64,000 bases of DNA from Azolla caroliniana (lineage: Eukaryota; Plantae; Polypodiophyta), in assembly GCA_043228905.1 (NCBI GenBank), contig JBHGNT010000011.1, positions 18,972,001 to 19,036,000 of the forward strand. Direction: 5' to 3'. Under the pieces are notes generated by a model that ran no database searches, had not been told where the DNA came from, and saw only the letters and a program-made list of their open reading frames with translations. Positions 1-12,500 of this stretch are shown here, in pieces (position 1 is the first letter of the stretch; the number at the start of each line of letters is the position of its first letter). Both the position numbers and the translations under genes were made by a program.

Positions 1-1699
1 GAGTGTGTATCATCACTATGTGAGTCTTCTAGGGTTAAGCATGAGCAAATGTTGGAGGTAAGGAAGGATACGCAGTTTCCCAAGTGTAAAAGTATATCTT
101 GGATACCTTTTCTTATAGTAAACTTGTAATGAACTCGATACTATGGTGCAAGAAACAATGTAATGATGACAACCTAGCGATATAATGTTTCAAATAACAA
201 GAAATAAGAGCATGGAGAATTGTTCTACATGTTATGGATCCGTAAATTTAGGAGGGAAACAACATAAGGATGAGACCTAGATATCCATGCACTGGAATCT
301 TATAGTATTGTGATGTTCCTCAAACATATGGTACCCATTCATTATTATACTTGTACATTATTTTTTACATATGATTTATAACAAAATGTTAAAAATTAGA
401 TTGTAGCAGAATAGTGCCAATCAAAATTTAAAATAATATTGTTATGGAAGTCATTACTAAAGAAGAACAAAACACATCATCATGTAGTTTGTGATTACAC
501 TAAAGTTAGAAGCATCAGTAAAGAAAATCGAGAGGTGTTATCACATAGTTGTAGTTGGAAAACTCAATATGGGTTAGTAAAAATTCAATAAATGATAATG
601 CTACAATTGAATGTCCAAATCATTATGTTCAAAGGTATACAACATAATATGAATGTTGTAACATGTCACAATATTATTTTTTCCTTTTCATTCATAGGGC
701 TCTCCACTAAACCAAATGATCGAACATTTTAAAGAAATATGTTGACAATGAATGCCTATACTATAAAATCCATTGATATTTTGTATCATAGAAACCTCCC
801 ATGGCACCACACCAGCTTGTTGCCAAGGGTATATATTTACAACTCATTTAAAATTTGTGATACTATTTAAATTAGATCTTTGTTGTAAGAAAATTCAGTT
901 ACATTGTTGGTTTAGTGTTGTCTTGTGGAAAAGAAATGATTGGTAGTAAAATGAATAGAGAAACTATGGAAAATGGTAATCATAAGGTAATGTTGGTTGA
1001 CTCGACATAGGTATTAGAACATGGCAATAGATCACGGAATGAAAACAAAAGGTTCTAGTGAACATGAGAGGGAAGACTACTTTGAACTTATACCTATGAA
1101 AAATCCAATTTTAGATATGTCTTCTTGTGCATACCTAAATGTTGGAATAAAGATACACGTATCTACAGTTGAGGGTTCTCCTCCATAGAGAAAAAATTGT
1201 AGTATTTATAGATTAGAGAGAAGAACACAATGCATGAGCGATGAGAGTACTAGTGAAAAATGGGAAACCCCAATGAGAGGTGAATAAGAAATTGGATGAT
1301 AGTATTGAAAAGAGCATGGGGAGAGTCACGAAGGATCGACAAGAAATAGAAGAAAAATGGGAGAACATAGATTAATGACGCGGAAAACCCCCTTTTAATC
1401 TCTTACATAATAGCATGGAATATGCTTTTATCCTAAAAGTAAGTATATGCTAAATTTTTCGAAAAATTTAAAGAATATCAAAATAGATTATGCAATCCAA
1501 GCACAATCAACATGGCCTCACAACCACATGATGTGCTTGGTGTCCATGACATAACCTTAAGGTGGTCTTCTCTAATAGATGTATGTTTTTTTCCTACATA
1601 CCTGTATCTATCCATTAGCTTTATATTTATGTTGCCAAAGCTAGCAATGACACATTTTGCAGATGTCTACCTAATTTTTGATCAGGTGTTGTAGGAATA

Positions 1700-2900
1700 T
1701 GACTATATTAAGTTGTAGCTTCAAACACTCTAAGATGTCCAAGTACTTAGACCAAGTTCCTTGTGCGGGAATCTCTTTTGAAGATAACATGTGGCTGAAA
1801 TTGCATCTTACCAATTTTGATTATTTAAGACATCTATTTGTAGCATACTTTGGCCAATATCTTATAATATGGTTCTGTTATTGCGCTCAACGACTCCATT
1901 TTGTTGAGGATTATGAGAGATTGCGTGTTCTTGTCAAATCCCATGTGCATTAGAAAATGAATTTCCATTCTCATGAACAATACTTTCCACCATCATTTGG
2001 TGTGAATTGTATTGATTTTCAACTAGCATTGGTTTTCCGTGCATGCTTTGTAAGTGCAAGAAAGCATTAAAAGCCCCAACTTTACTCTTAAGAAAGTACA
2101 AGATTGTGAAATTGTGAAGTCCTTAATGAATTTGATGATGTAACAAACACTTATGTTGAAAGGCATTTACAGTGCATCACACGTAACACAAGCTGGAGGG
2201 AACAAGTTGAAATAGCTTCACTTATTAGCAATAAGTTCTTAGCTAATCCATGCACAATACACATTCGAGATGTAATTGTAGAACTATTATTAGTTGATTG
2301 ACTTTACAATGCCCTATCAATTAAGTGCAAGTTTTGTCCTATTATCTCCAAACCGCATCTTGAGTGGAGAGGTAGTGGAACGTAATATTTTTACCATTCT
2401 CGACTATGAGTGAGATGATGTGTGGCTCTGGTATTCACAAACCACAAAATTTCCACAATTGCAATGTGAAAATTTGCCATAAAAGCTTCTAGCATGTCCT
2501 CCTTGTATGTCATTTTCTCTTATTTCATGTAAATGACATAGTCCAATGCTTGAATGAAATATGTGTCCTCTTCATTGCATACTGATAAATATGATGTTGA
2601 GCAATATCAAATAATTTAACCTTATTTCTATGATCATATTTCTTATGGTGGTAATCTCTTTCAAATATATGTCCAGGTTTATTTGCATCTTGAAAGCAAG
2701 TAGCATAGCAAGAGATGTAGAACTGGGCATGAAAATTCATGTAAAGATTGTTTCTAATTGCTTTCTATTCAAAGATATTGCACAATTTGGGGAAAAAAAT
2801 GTCCAGGTTTGCTAAAAATGTACATCCATATTACAATTAAGAGAGAGATTGATTAATGATTTATCACTTTGATTCTTGGCTTTCTTGATTCAAGATTCAT
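1700..2900 (-). mobile_element. Highly degenerate Ty1/copia gag-pol remnant
   Basis: Minus strand near 2395-2445 reads WFVNTRATHHLTHSREW, resembling the copia protease W..DSGATHH motif. Weak GAG-pre-integrase traces lie near 2040-2140. Many stops; boundaries approximate. Confidence 0.45.
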
Positions 2901-3549
2901 CTCTTCATGTTTGAAGTGTCGTCGTTTCCATGTGTTGTGACAAATGTATCCCACAAATTTGATAAGGCACCCGTGATTGGATCAAAATTTATTACTTGTG
3001 CTTGATAGTTATAAGTCGTCCGCTAATTGCCAATGTTTTATGTATGTCTGTAGGTTCAATTTCTTACATCTCTACTCATAACAAGATCTCATAGAAAATT
3101 GACCTTCCTTGTCATGTAGTTCTTTTAAGATATATCATATTTCTTTTAAGGAATCAAGGTCCTTGACAAGGTCAACTTGTTTAATGCATAAGTATCACCA
3201 CGCAAGCTTCTAAAAAGATATTTTTTCAACTAACAACTTCCATGAAATGATTATATAGTAGGAAAATTTAACATTTAAGCTAAATGAATAATAAATTCTT
3301 GAATGAAATTATTTATTATTGATACTAGTGTTTTAACAAGCATTCCTTAAAGAAACCAAACTTTAGAAGTAGACTAAAAGAAATCACGGTGAGTGAGCCA
3401 TTAGAAGCATTGATGGTTGATCTTTTAGCTCCTCACAAAGATTTTGCACAAGATCATTTGGAAGGCATTGATGAATGAGCTTTCACTTAGACTTAAAGAA
3501 GCAAGTACTACATACACAATGATGATAAATGAAAAGTAGCCACGCAACT

Positions 3550-4029
3550 TGTTATGGGCATGACCATATAACATCCCGTGGTAAGTTTGTACCATATTAT
3601 TCTATACACGTGGATAAGGTGTGAGGGTTAACCGAGAGAGAAAGAAGGGTGCCGATCCACCCAACCACCTTAGAGCGAAGGGATCGAGATGGACTCGAGC
3701 CTCGATTGGTGTCCCATACCATCGACATGGCGTTGAGTCGTACTTGGTACTGGGGCGCTCACTACAAAAGTTTAATCACCATGAGGACAGAGTCTCGACG
3801 TAATTGATAATGTGTCAAATGAGGGTAGCTAGGCCTCATATTTATAGGCAGACCTAAGGCCCCATGCAAGTTCACACTTGGCCTTAATGGGTTGTCTCAA
3901 TCCCAAGGATTAAAAGGAATCCTTCCCTTCTTTACACTCTCTGTTAACCCTCATACCTTATCCACGTGTATAGAATACTAAGGTTACTACAATCTTACCA
4001 CGGGATATTATATGATCATGCTAGTAACA
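3550..4029. mobile_element. 480-bp TG...CA element (solo-LTR-like or foldback) with ~100-bp terminal inverted repeats
   Basis: Starts TGTTA and ends TAACA. Perfect 5-bp TSD CAACT at 3545-3549 and 4030-4034. Arms 3550-3649 and 3925-4029 are imperfect reverse complements. TATAAATA on the minus strand near 3840. Confidence 0.85.
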
Positions 4030-7000
4030 CAACTTGAGGCTGATGCGTTGCTAAAAAGAATCATACTTAAGACAGAAATTTGTTAGCTCTATACATTCAA
4101 AATGCTATCTCCAAAAAGGTGGTCTTAATTACTATGTACTTGATTCAATTGAAGTCATATTTGGACTCAAAGAACTATGTATTTGATGCACTTGGAGTCA
4201 TATTTCTACTCAAAGCATGATTTGTTGCTTGAGATTTCCCAAAGTTTCAAGTCTTGACTTATTGAGACATTTACTCCAACCCTTAAAGCAAAGCCACTTA
4301 GGTTTATGTTTGCCATAAGTGATGGCCTTTATCTTGCATTATATCACCTTGAAATCTAAACAACGTTTCAAAAATCTCTTAATTTTGTGGATTCAAAGTG
4401 TCCTCATTATGTGTGTAAGCTAAAGAATTTCATGTACATGGCCTTAAGGAATTAATAAGATTGTAGCATTTTAAGCTACATACTTATCTTGAATCCATTG
4501 GATCCAAACATTTTCAAGCTAAACCAAATTTACACGTTTGAAAGGAAATTTCTTACAATATAATAATTGTTGTATTGATGATCTTCTATTTTCTTCAAAT
4601 TTAGCTAGTTGTTTATGAAGAAGGCAATCAATCAAATGATCCAAAACCTTTGGATTTTGGCCTTTGGAATTAAGGCGATCTAGAGGAGAATAGAAGCAAC
4701 CCTAACCCTATCACAAAAGAAAGGAGAATTACAAAGTACAATCTAAGGGTAGATTGCAAACTTATCCAAACACCTATGATGGTTCCATGCAAATTGTCTT
4801 CAAATGTCAAACACAAACAATCATGGATGAGAAAATCATAGAAACACTTTCCATACACCAAATCTTGGGAACTTTAAGGTATCTTGTTACTAGTTGTACC
4901 GTGCGGCACTTATCTTTTTGTGTTGTTTTTCTATCCATGTTCATGCAAAAACTTAGCATGACACTTTGGCAAGCTCTAAAGTCTGACATTGACACATTAT
5001 GGTCAACTTTAGGTTCACGTTTTTCACATTTGATAGAGGTGTTATACAATGGTGGAGAAAAAGACTAGACATCATTATCAGTCAACGAAATCCATCAATA
5101 GGAGTGGCTACAAACTTGGCATCTTCAAATTGTTTGAACAAATGAAGCTCCACAGGTCATTTATAAAGTTAGTTGAGAACCTACGAATCATGGATTAGAA
5201 TAAACACATTAGGGTGTGACACCATTTCATAAAGGGAGTGGTTGCATCCAATGAAATGGCATGGCCCTACACAACAACTACAACCATGTAGACCGATTTC
5301 TTAACGTCGGACTTGGTTTGCAAGAGTTAAGGAAATAGATATGCTTAGATTAATCGGGGGAGGAAGATTGTGCGCTTGAATAACATTAAAGTAACTATAA
5401 AAAATCAAATGAACATATGTGACCAACATTTCCACAATTTATCTTTATATACATTGTTGATGCAAAACACATGATGTTTTTGTTTTTTTTGTCAATCCTC
5501 ATCTTGGCTACATAAGTTTTCTTCTTATTCATTACAATATTGGGTGTTTCTTGATAAACTAGTATATTCTTTGGGATATCATCATAATCAACAAAGTTTC
5601 TGTGCTGATTGCTATGAGAATGCATTGGGTAGAATTGATGCATGCAATTTGATCTATAGTGTTTATAACCCATGGAGGATAAGTTGACGCTAATCCTACA
5701 CCAATATACAATGTTCCAAATGAAGTTGTTGCAATAACTTTTCTTTCTCTTGATTATTTTGGATCTAAATTCGAAGATTGCAAGATGGTCCATCATGTCA
5801 AGATGATGACTGAGGTACGTTAACGTTTATAGAAAATCAAAGCCGCATGATCTTCATCAAGCTCGACTATAGTTCTAAGGCGACTAATGCAACATAGAGT
5901 GTTTCTAACCTATTTTGGGTTTGTGCTTGCCTAGATTTAATTTACATCAACATGGGTTGTGCAAGCATTTGATTATTAATGTAGGGTGTGAATTATGTTA
6001 GCATTTGGCCATTGCCGTAATGAATTGGCCACTCATATATTGGAAATACAATGGAATCCAATGATATTCATATTACATGCCACATGATGGTAACCTTCTC
6101 AAAGTATAAACTACCTACCAAATTGGAACTTTATCAAGTTCAGGCCTAATGTGTGTGGCACGTCGATTGCACAGTATTTCTAGATGAAGTGCATGTAACT
6201 TGGTTTGTGGGTTGAGATAACCATTAATTGTTAATGTCCGAAAAGTGTGACCTCTTTCCAAAAACACTAAGCCAATAGTTGGAGATAGGCTCAAACCCAC
6301 TCTCCACGGTATCATTAATGTTGATATATACGTGTGTGAAGCTTTGGTTCTTAGTTGGGCACTAGTTGGACCTCTAGAGCCCATCCCTATCTATTTTACA
6401 TGGGTCTAAATATATCAGGCACCATGTATGCTTTGAACTATCCCTACTTGTAACAAATTTGGGCAATTAGCTTGAGATCCTTGTCGGTTATTTATTTTTC
6501 CCTCCAATATTGTCCCCATTTATGATTGTTATGTCTCACATGATATTGGTGGGCCTATTTATGGCCCAACTTTTGAATGTTTTTATCTGACCCCATTGTA
6601 AATATTCTTTAATATAGGCATTCACCTGACTTTGAATAATATAATGGCTAAAAAAGTGTGTATGTAACTTCTAACTTTTTAAGCGAATGTGATACACGAT
6701 CGCTACAATCGAGCAATGTCTTCTCTCATGGCCCTCTCATGGGAACCTAGCTACCATGTGGGATACAATATTACGAAGGAAGGGTGCATACGAGTCAGAC
6801 AACCCACAAATGTACTTGTCAACACAACATGATGATCGAACCAAGTGTGTGTCCCCTAACAGATGTGATCGTTTGCATCATGGAAACGACTCATGATAAT
6901 AATAATAATACGAGATGTTCGGTCTTTATCTAGTTGCTTTGTCATCAACAGTCACTTGTGTCTGTAGTACCTGATTCTACATGGATGGATCCATGGGTTG

Positions 7001-7645
7001 CGGGCAATTCGGGGCACACGATTCATTTTAACAACAAAATGCTATCATTCCTAACACTTTGGAGGAGGTTGACACACAGGAGGCCAAGCTCAACACGTGT
7101 TACCCCCCGATAGCGTGTTCACACACATAGCACAATCAATCATACTATGGTTTGAGGACTTGAGAGCCACATTGGAACTCTCTTGTTCCCCAATGTAATG
7201 AAAACTTTATGCCACAAAACTAGCAAGGATTTGTGAATATAAGAAAATATTTGGGCAAATTTGCAAAAGTTTTAAGATAAGAAGAATGTGTATAGTTTCA
7301 AATTAGAGTAGAAATTAATTTTAAAAAACATATTTATTTCTTTATAATATTTGTTTCAGTTTTTTCAATGAATATTTAAATAAAATACTTATTTCTTTCC
7401 TCTGTTTCTTGTTCTTATAATTATTATTGACCCCTTGCTCTAATTAAATTCCATAACTGCAATGAAATCAAACGAAAACAAAAAACTCCAAAATTTGCAC
7501 CTACAGTTTTCCTGTTTTTGACATTTAACTCTTTGCCACGCTTAGAAATTTCGACAATTAAATCAACAGAAACTATATTATTAATTATGTTGTTCTTGTT
7601 ATAGAATGCAGATATTTGTCGATGGTTTCTACAGTTGAAATAATG

Positions 7646-7649
<4 letters not shown>

Positions 7650-7692
<43 letters not shown>
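7650..7692. repeat. (GA)n microsatellite
   Basis: Direct inspection. Confidence 0.95.
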
Positions 7693-7695
<3 letters not shown>

Positions 7696-8550
7696 AACAA
7701 ATTTATTGTTTTTATATAAAAAGTTCTGATAAATTTCTCTGCCACGAAAAACATTTCACTCAACACTAAACCCTAATCAACTGAAATTTTAAAGCCAGAA
7801 AATTATGAGTTAATTTAACTGCAATCAATTACTGGCTAAACAAAATCGATGTTTGAAAAAGAAAATTTTAAATGAAAAAAATAAAAACAGTAGCAATAAA
7901 AAGAATTTGATCATGAGGAAGAGCTGAAAATTTTCATGAGAAAGACAAGACGCAATTCAATTCGTTGGATCAATCATTAGACTTCTAATTATAATATTGA
8001 AGAAGGTTATAAGCTCCCATCCTATTGGTTCGCTTGCTAATATAGTAAACAGAGGTCATATATAAATTAGTTGAATAGAATCAATGCACATTCCTGCCAT
8101 ATGAAATTCTTTCTGGGTTAAAAAAAAATGGATTCTCAATTAATTTGGAAACTGGAGTACAAATTATAATACTGATGATTCTCAGTTGCAGGGTTATAAA
8201 TAATAGTAATGAAACAGCTCTGAAAATAATTCAACAATCTTCATAATTCCTTCTGTGATTAATTACATTATATTAATTAGCGCCCCCAATTCAAGTCGAA
8301 TCAAATATATGTGATCATGACCTTTTTCCCTTCTTCTTTCCTTTTGGTTGGAGAATTTGGAGTACAAATATACTAATTATACTAGTGAATTGAAGTCCTA
8401 ACATCAATCGAACAAACCTAAAGTAAATTAACCTCTCAGTATGCTAATTATCGAGGATCAAGAGGTGGTTAAGAAGTGAGTTAATATATAATCATCACAA
8501 GAGGCCATCAAAATCGAGATAGAATGTATATGAATAATTTCGTGATGATG

Positions 8551-8583
<33 letters not shown>

Positions 8584-8663
8584 TATTAATTTTTTTGCTG
8601 CAAATGAATGTTAGATTGTGTATGATACATGATGATGATAAACTAGAATAGGATGGTGGGTGG

Positions 8664-10049
8664 TCACATGTGATCATCATCATCATCATCAATATTATTA
8701 TCACTACTATTGTTGTCATGATCATGATCATCATCGTCATCATCCTCATTGTGATCATTATTACTATCATTAAAGCTGTTATTATTGTTAATGTTAATGC
8801 AGAGACCTTGGATTGTGGTAGTAGCACCACTATCCATGGCACAATGATCATGAATCAGAATATCATCATTGATACCTCCATCTCCATCTCCATCTCCATC
8901 TCCTCTTCCTCCTCCTGTCGGGGTCGGGGCTGGGGCCGGGGCCAGGGCGGGGGCCGGGACCGGAGTACTCGTGATGAGATCTAGTTGCTTCTTCCCGACC
9001 GTGAGCTTGTTGTTGTGCATCCACACCTTGAGCACGTGGCGCTTCACGCCGACCTCGGCGCAGAAGCGCTGCACCGCGTCCTCGTCCTGCTTCTGTATGC
9101 GCCAGCCGATGCTGCGCGCGAACGCGCCCATCTCCTCCTTCTGCTCGGCAGTGAATTTCGTGCGGAAGCGTTTCTTCATGGACACGAGCGCGCCCTCGAA
9201 TTCGTCGGAGTCGGTGCCGGCCCCTGTGGTCCCGCCGTAGACCCCACCCCCCGTGGTGGTGCCGATGCTGGTTCCGGTGTAGCCCGAGCCACCACCGGGG
9301 TATCCGGTCCCGGGGCCCCCGGCCGGATGATGGTGGTTGAAAGCCATGATCATGTGGTGGGGGGGCGGGCTGAACAATGTAGGTGAAGCCATGCCCCCTC
9401 CTCCTCCTCCTCCTCCTTGCAGTAATGGGGTGACAATGTTTGGGCCCCTTGCCCATGGAGATGGAGATGGAGATGGAGATAGAGATAGAGATGCTCCTCC
9501 TCCTCCTCCTCCCTCTGCCTCCTTCCTGTGGAAGTTCCTGTGGCAGCCGCACGCGGCGCACGTGAGCGCCTCCAGCGTGCCCTCGGCCCCGCTCGGCATG
9601 AATTCCCCGCACCCGTCCGTCGCATGCCCCCCTAGGCTCGCCGCATGATTCTTCAGGCATTCTCTGTACTTGTATTTCATGGATGCCCCTGCCCCTGCCG
9701 CTTGCTTCGCACTGCTCCTCGACACATTCGCCACTCGCACTGTCTCCTGATGATGATCACTAATTATAGCTGTTGTTGTTGTTGTAGTAGCAATGGCGCT
9801 GGTTGTGGTACCATTATTGCTGTTGGTTATCTGAGTAATCCCATCTGATAGTAATCCTAGCCCATGGTTAACCCCATTGTGGTTATTCCCTCCTCCTCCT
9901 CCTCCTCCTCCTCCTCCTCCTAGTGATGATATCTTCATTTTAGCACTGCTGTTAATTGTAGCGGCAGTAGACATTGGGTGCTCATTAAGCATAAACTTAG
10001 ATGGTGAATTGGGTGATGGAATCAGCTCATCTTGCTCTCCAATCTCCAT
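8664..10049 (-). CDS. Zinc finger-homeodomain (ZF-HD/ZHD family) transcription factor, intronless, 461 aa
   Basis: ZF-HD dimerisation zinc finger [24 protein letters not shown]...[14 protein letters not shown] and the plant ZF-HD homeodomain [16 protein letters not shown]...[34 protein letters not shown] in one uninterrupted ORF. Confidence 0.96.
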   Translation of the reverse strand: MEIGEQDELIPSPNSPSKFMLNEHPMSTAATINSSAKMKISSLGGGGGGGGGGGNNHNGVNHGLGLLSDGITQITNSNNGTTTSAIATTTTTTAIISDHHQETVRVANVSRSSAKQAAGAGASMKYKYRECLKNHAASLGGHATDGCGEFMPSGAEGTLEALTCAACGCHRNFHRKEAEGGGGGGASLSLSPSPSPSPWARGPNIVTPLLQGGGGGGGGMASPTLFSPPPHHMIMAFNHHHPAGGPGTGYPGGGSGYTGTSIGTTTGGGVYGGTTGAGTDSDEFEGALVSMKKRFRTKFTAEQKEEMGAFARSIGWRIQKQDEDAVQRFCAEVGVKRHVLKVWMHNNKLTVGKKQLDLITSTPVPAPALAPAPAPTPTGGGRGDGDGDGDGGINDDILIHDHCAMDSGATTTIQGLCININNNNSFNDSNNDHNEDDDDDDHDHDNNSSDNNIDDDDDDHM

Positions 10050-10539
10050 CTAATTAGCTACCTAAACTAGAAACTCGCTTAACCAAGGTAACTTTCTAGC
10101 TGCTACTTATATTAAGCTGTAGGTGGTGATTATTAATTAATTAGCTGGGGGGATAAATTATTGAAATCTCGGATATGTATATGCTCAATTTACAGCTGCA
10201 GCACTTTAGTCTGCAGTGTGAGCCCTTCTTCGCAGATAATTAATTCATGTATCATAATACACATACTAACGAAATGCTTTGAGCACATCTTAATTCTGCC
10301 TGCCTGCCAGTATCTCTCACATACCCGCTCTCTCTCTCTCATACGATGCTTCCTAAGGGATGACAACAGGGCCTCATCTTTTCCTCTTGGTCTTAATATT
10401 AATTAGGGAGTTATAGCCCCCATGATGTTAATCAGAGTTTATGAGATGCAGAGAATAGAGAGTGATTAGAGACCCCATGGGTATCTTTCTTCTACTAATT
10501 ATCTAAAGACAAATTAGCTATATAATTGGTCCATGAAGA

Positions 10540-11756
10540 CAACATGTATGTATGTGTATATAGAGTATGCATACACATGTATGTATGTATGTAGTATGTA
10601 TGTATGCTTGAATGAATGTATGGAGGGGAGAGAGCACAAAACTTAGAGATCAATGATTAGACATAACAACAAAACTATGGGGATTTGTGTGTGAGTGAGA
10701 GAGAGAGAGAAAGTGTAGAGAGATTTACAAAGCCCCAAGACACAGAAAAACATGCAAAAAACTGCAGACAGAGAAGAAAGAGGTTGAGATAGATAGATAG
10801 ATAGATAGATAGATATAAGGAGGGACAGAGAAAGAGAAATTGGCATCAAATCAATTAGTATTATTATTATACAATAGGCTTCTCCTCTCCCTTCTAAGTT
10901 CTTCTACTTCTTCTTTGGTGTTTTTACCTTTTTTTTTCTATTTGTCTTATTTATGCGTTGCTTACCATGGCAAATTTTTTGTAAATTAATTTGTAAGATG
11001 TGAGCAAGTAAATAATGATGGAGTGAGTAGAGAGAAATTTAGGGGCAGGGAAAAAGGCTTATTACATGTAAAAAGAAAAATACATGAGATGAGATGAGGT
11101 GCACAGTAGTAGGGGCTCGGGAGAATGAAAGAAGACGAAAAGTAGGCCTACAAAATTTAATGTGTACATACATACACACACATATATATATGTGTGTGTA
11201 TGTGTGTGTGTGTTTGTTTTTTTGTTTACTGTTTGTTATTAATAAAGATTACGTCTACATATATATGTTTTGTGTGTGTGTTTAACGTATTTCTTATAAT
11301 ACGTACGTATGTATAATGTATGTATGTACGTATGTGTATGATATGAGTGTGGGGAGTCGGGAGGGAAGGGGGTGTTGCAGGGGGACAAGGTGTAAGTAAG
11401 TAAAGCCCAAACGAAGAACACAGAGAGAGAGAGAGAGAGAGAGAGTGTGTGTGTGTGTGTGTTGTGTAGAGAGAGACAGAGTGCGTGCAGGTTCTGTAGC
11501 GAGATGAGATAAAACAAGCAAAATAAATAAATCAGTAATCAAATAAAAAATGATTAAAGAAAGAAATGGGGACCGAACCCTCTCTCTCTCTCTCTTGTGT
11601 CTGTCAAATTTTTGTTTTTTGTTTTTTCGGAAATCTGTGTTTCCTCCTCCCTCCCCTCTCAGCAGCACGCCTGCTTCTGTACTTCCCTCTCTCTCTCTCT
11701 CTCTCTCTCTCCCCTTCACGACAACTGGAATTCTCCTGTACACGGACAGATTCTAC

Positions 11757-11788
<32 letters not shown>

Positions 11789-11837
11789 CCCCACAGGGAT
11801 CATCCCCGCCCTCCGCGCTCTCTGTCTCTAGACTCCT

Positions 11838-11891
<54 letters not shown>

Positions 11892-12500
11892 ATTAGAGGC
11901 TCTCTCTCTCTCTCTCTAGAATGCGCGCGCTGTGTCTTTGCTGCTGCAGCTGCACAGACGTGTATGTATGTATGTATGTAATTGTATGTATGTATGACAG
12001 TATGTGTGTATGTATGTTATGTATGTCTGTCTTTCTTTCTCACATGGGGATGGGTTCTTTTTTGTTTTTGGGAGGAGGGTAAAAAGAAAAAGGAGGGTTT
12101 TGGGGTGTTTTTTTTCTGCCATCTCTCTCTCTCTCTTCTGCGTGTTTGTTTATTCTTAATTTTTATCATCATCATCATTAATTAAAAATAATATTATTTA
12201 TTATTTATCATCATCATGATTGCTAGATTTTTACCTCTCCTCCCTGCCCCCCCCCCCCCCCCCCGCTTCCTTCCTTTTTATTTCTTTTCTTTCCTGTTTT
12301 TCAGAAGAAATAAAAATTCAGAAAAACAGAGAGAAATTATAACTCCTTCGGAAAAATACAAATTGACTTCCAAACCAATATATATATGCATATGTATATT
12401 ATATATAAATATATGTATGTAAGTTTGTCTATCAATTTGTTTGGCAGAGAGAGAGAGGGAGGGGACGGACGGACGGACGGACGGACGCCTTCTCCCTAAT
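10540..12500. promoter_or_regulatory. Microsatellite-dense upstream/5' UTR region of the ZF-HD gene with long (GA/CT)n tracts
   Basis: Several (CT)n/(GA)n runs (e.g. 11687-11710, 11756-11780, 11840-11887) plus (TATG)n, (GATA)n, (GT)n and (GGAC)n. No TE remnants recognised. A regulatory role is inferred, not shown. Confidence 0.5.

Noticed and set aside
4200-5800. Possible Copia RT/RNase H traces on the minus strand
   Set aside because: Motif similarity too weak and fragmented to call without an HMM search.
8495-9848. Many overlapping alternative-frame and antisense ORFs over the ZF-HD gene
   Set aside because: By-products of high GC3 and triplet repeats; no recognisable domains.
11670-11700. 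CTGTACTTCCCTCTCTCTC resembling a miR529/miR156-type sequence
   Set aside because: Several mismatches, similarity comes mostly from the CT repeat, and no precursor hairpin was evident.
11714-11723. CTTCACGACA, the reverse complement of the gypsy LTR start TGTCGTGAAG
   Set aside because: Only 10 bp with no further LTR similarity; compatible with chance.
11094-12422. ORFs rich in SLSL/ERER/HTHT
   Set aside because: Translations of (CT)n, (GA)n and (GT)n microsatellites.
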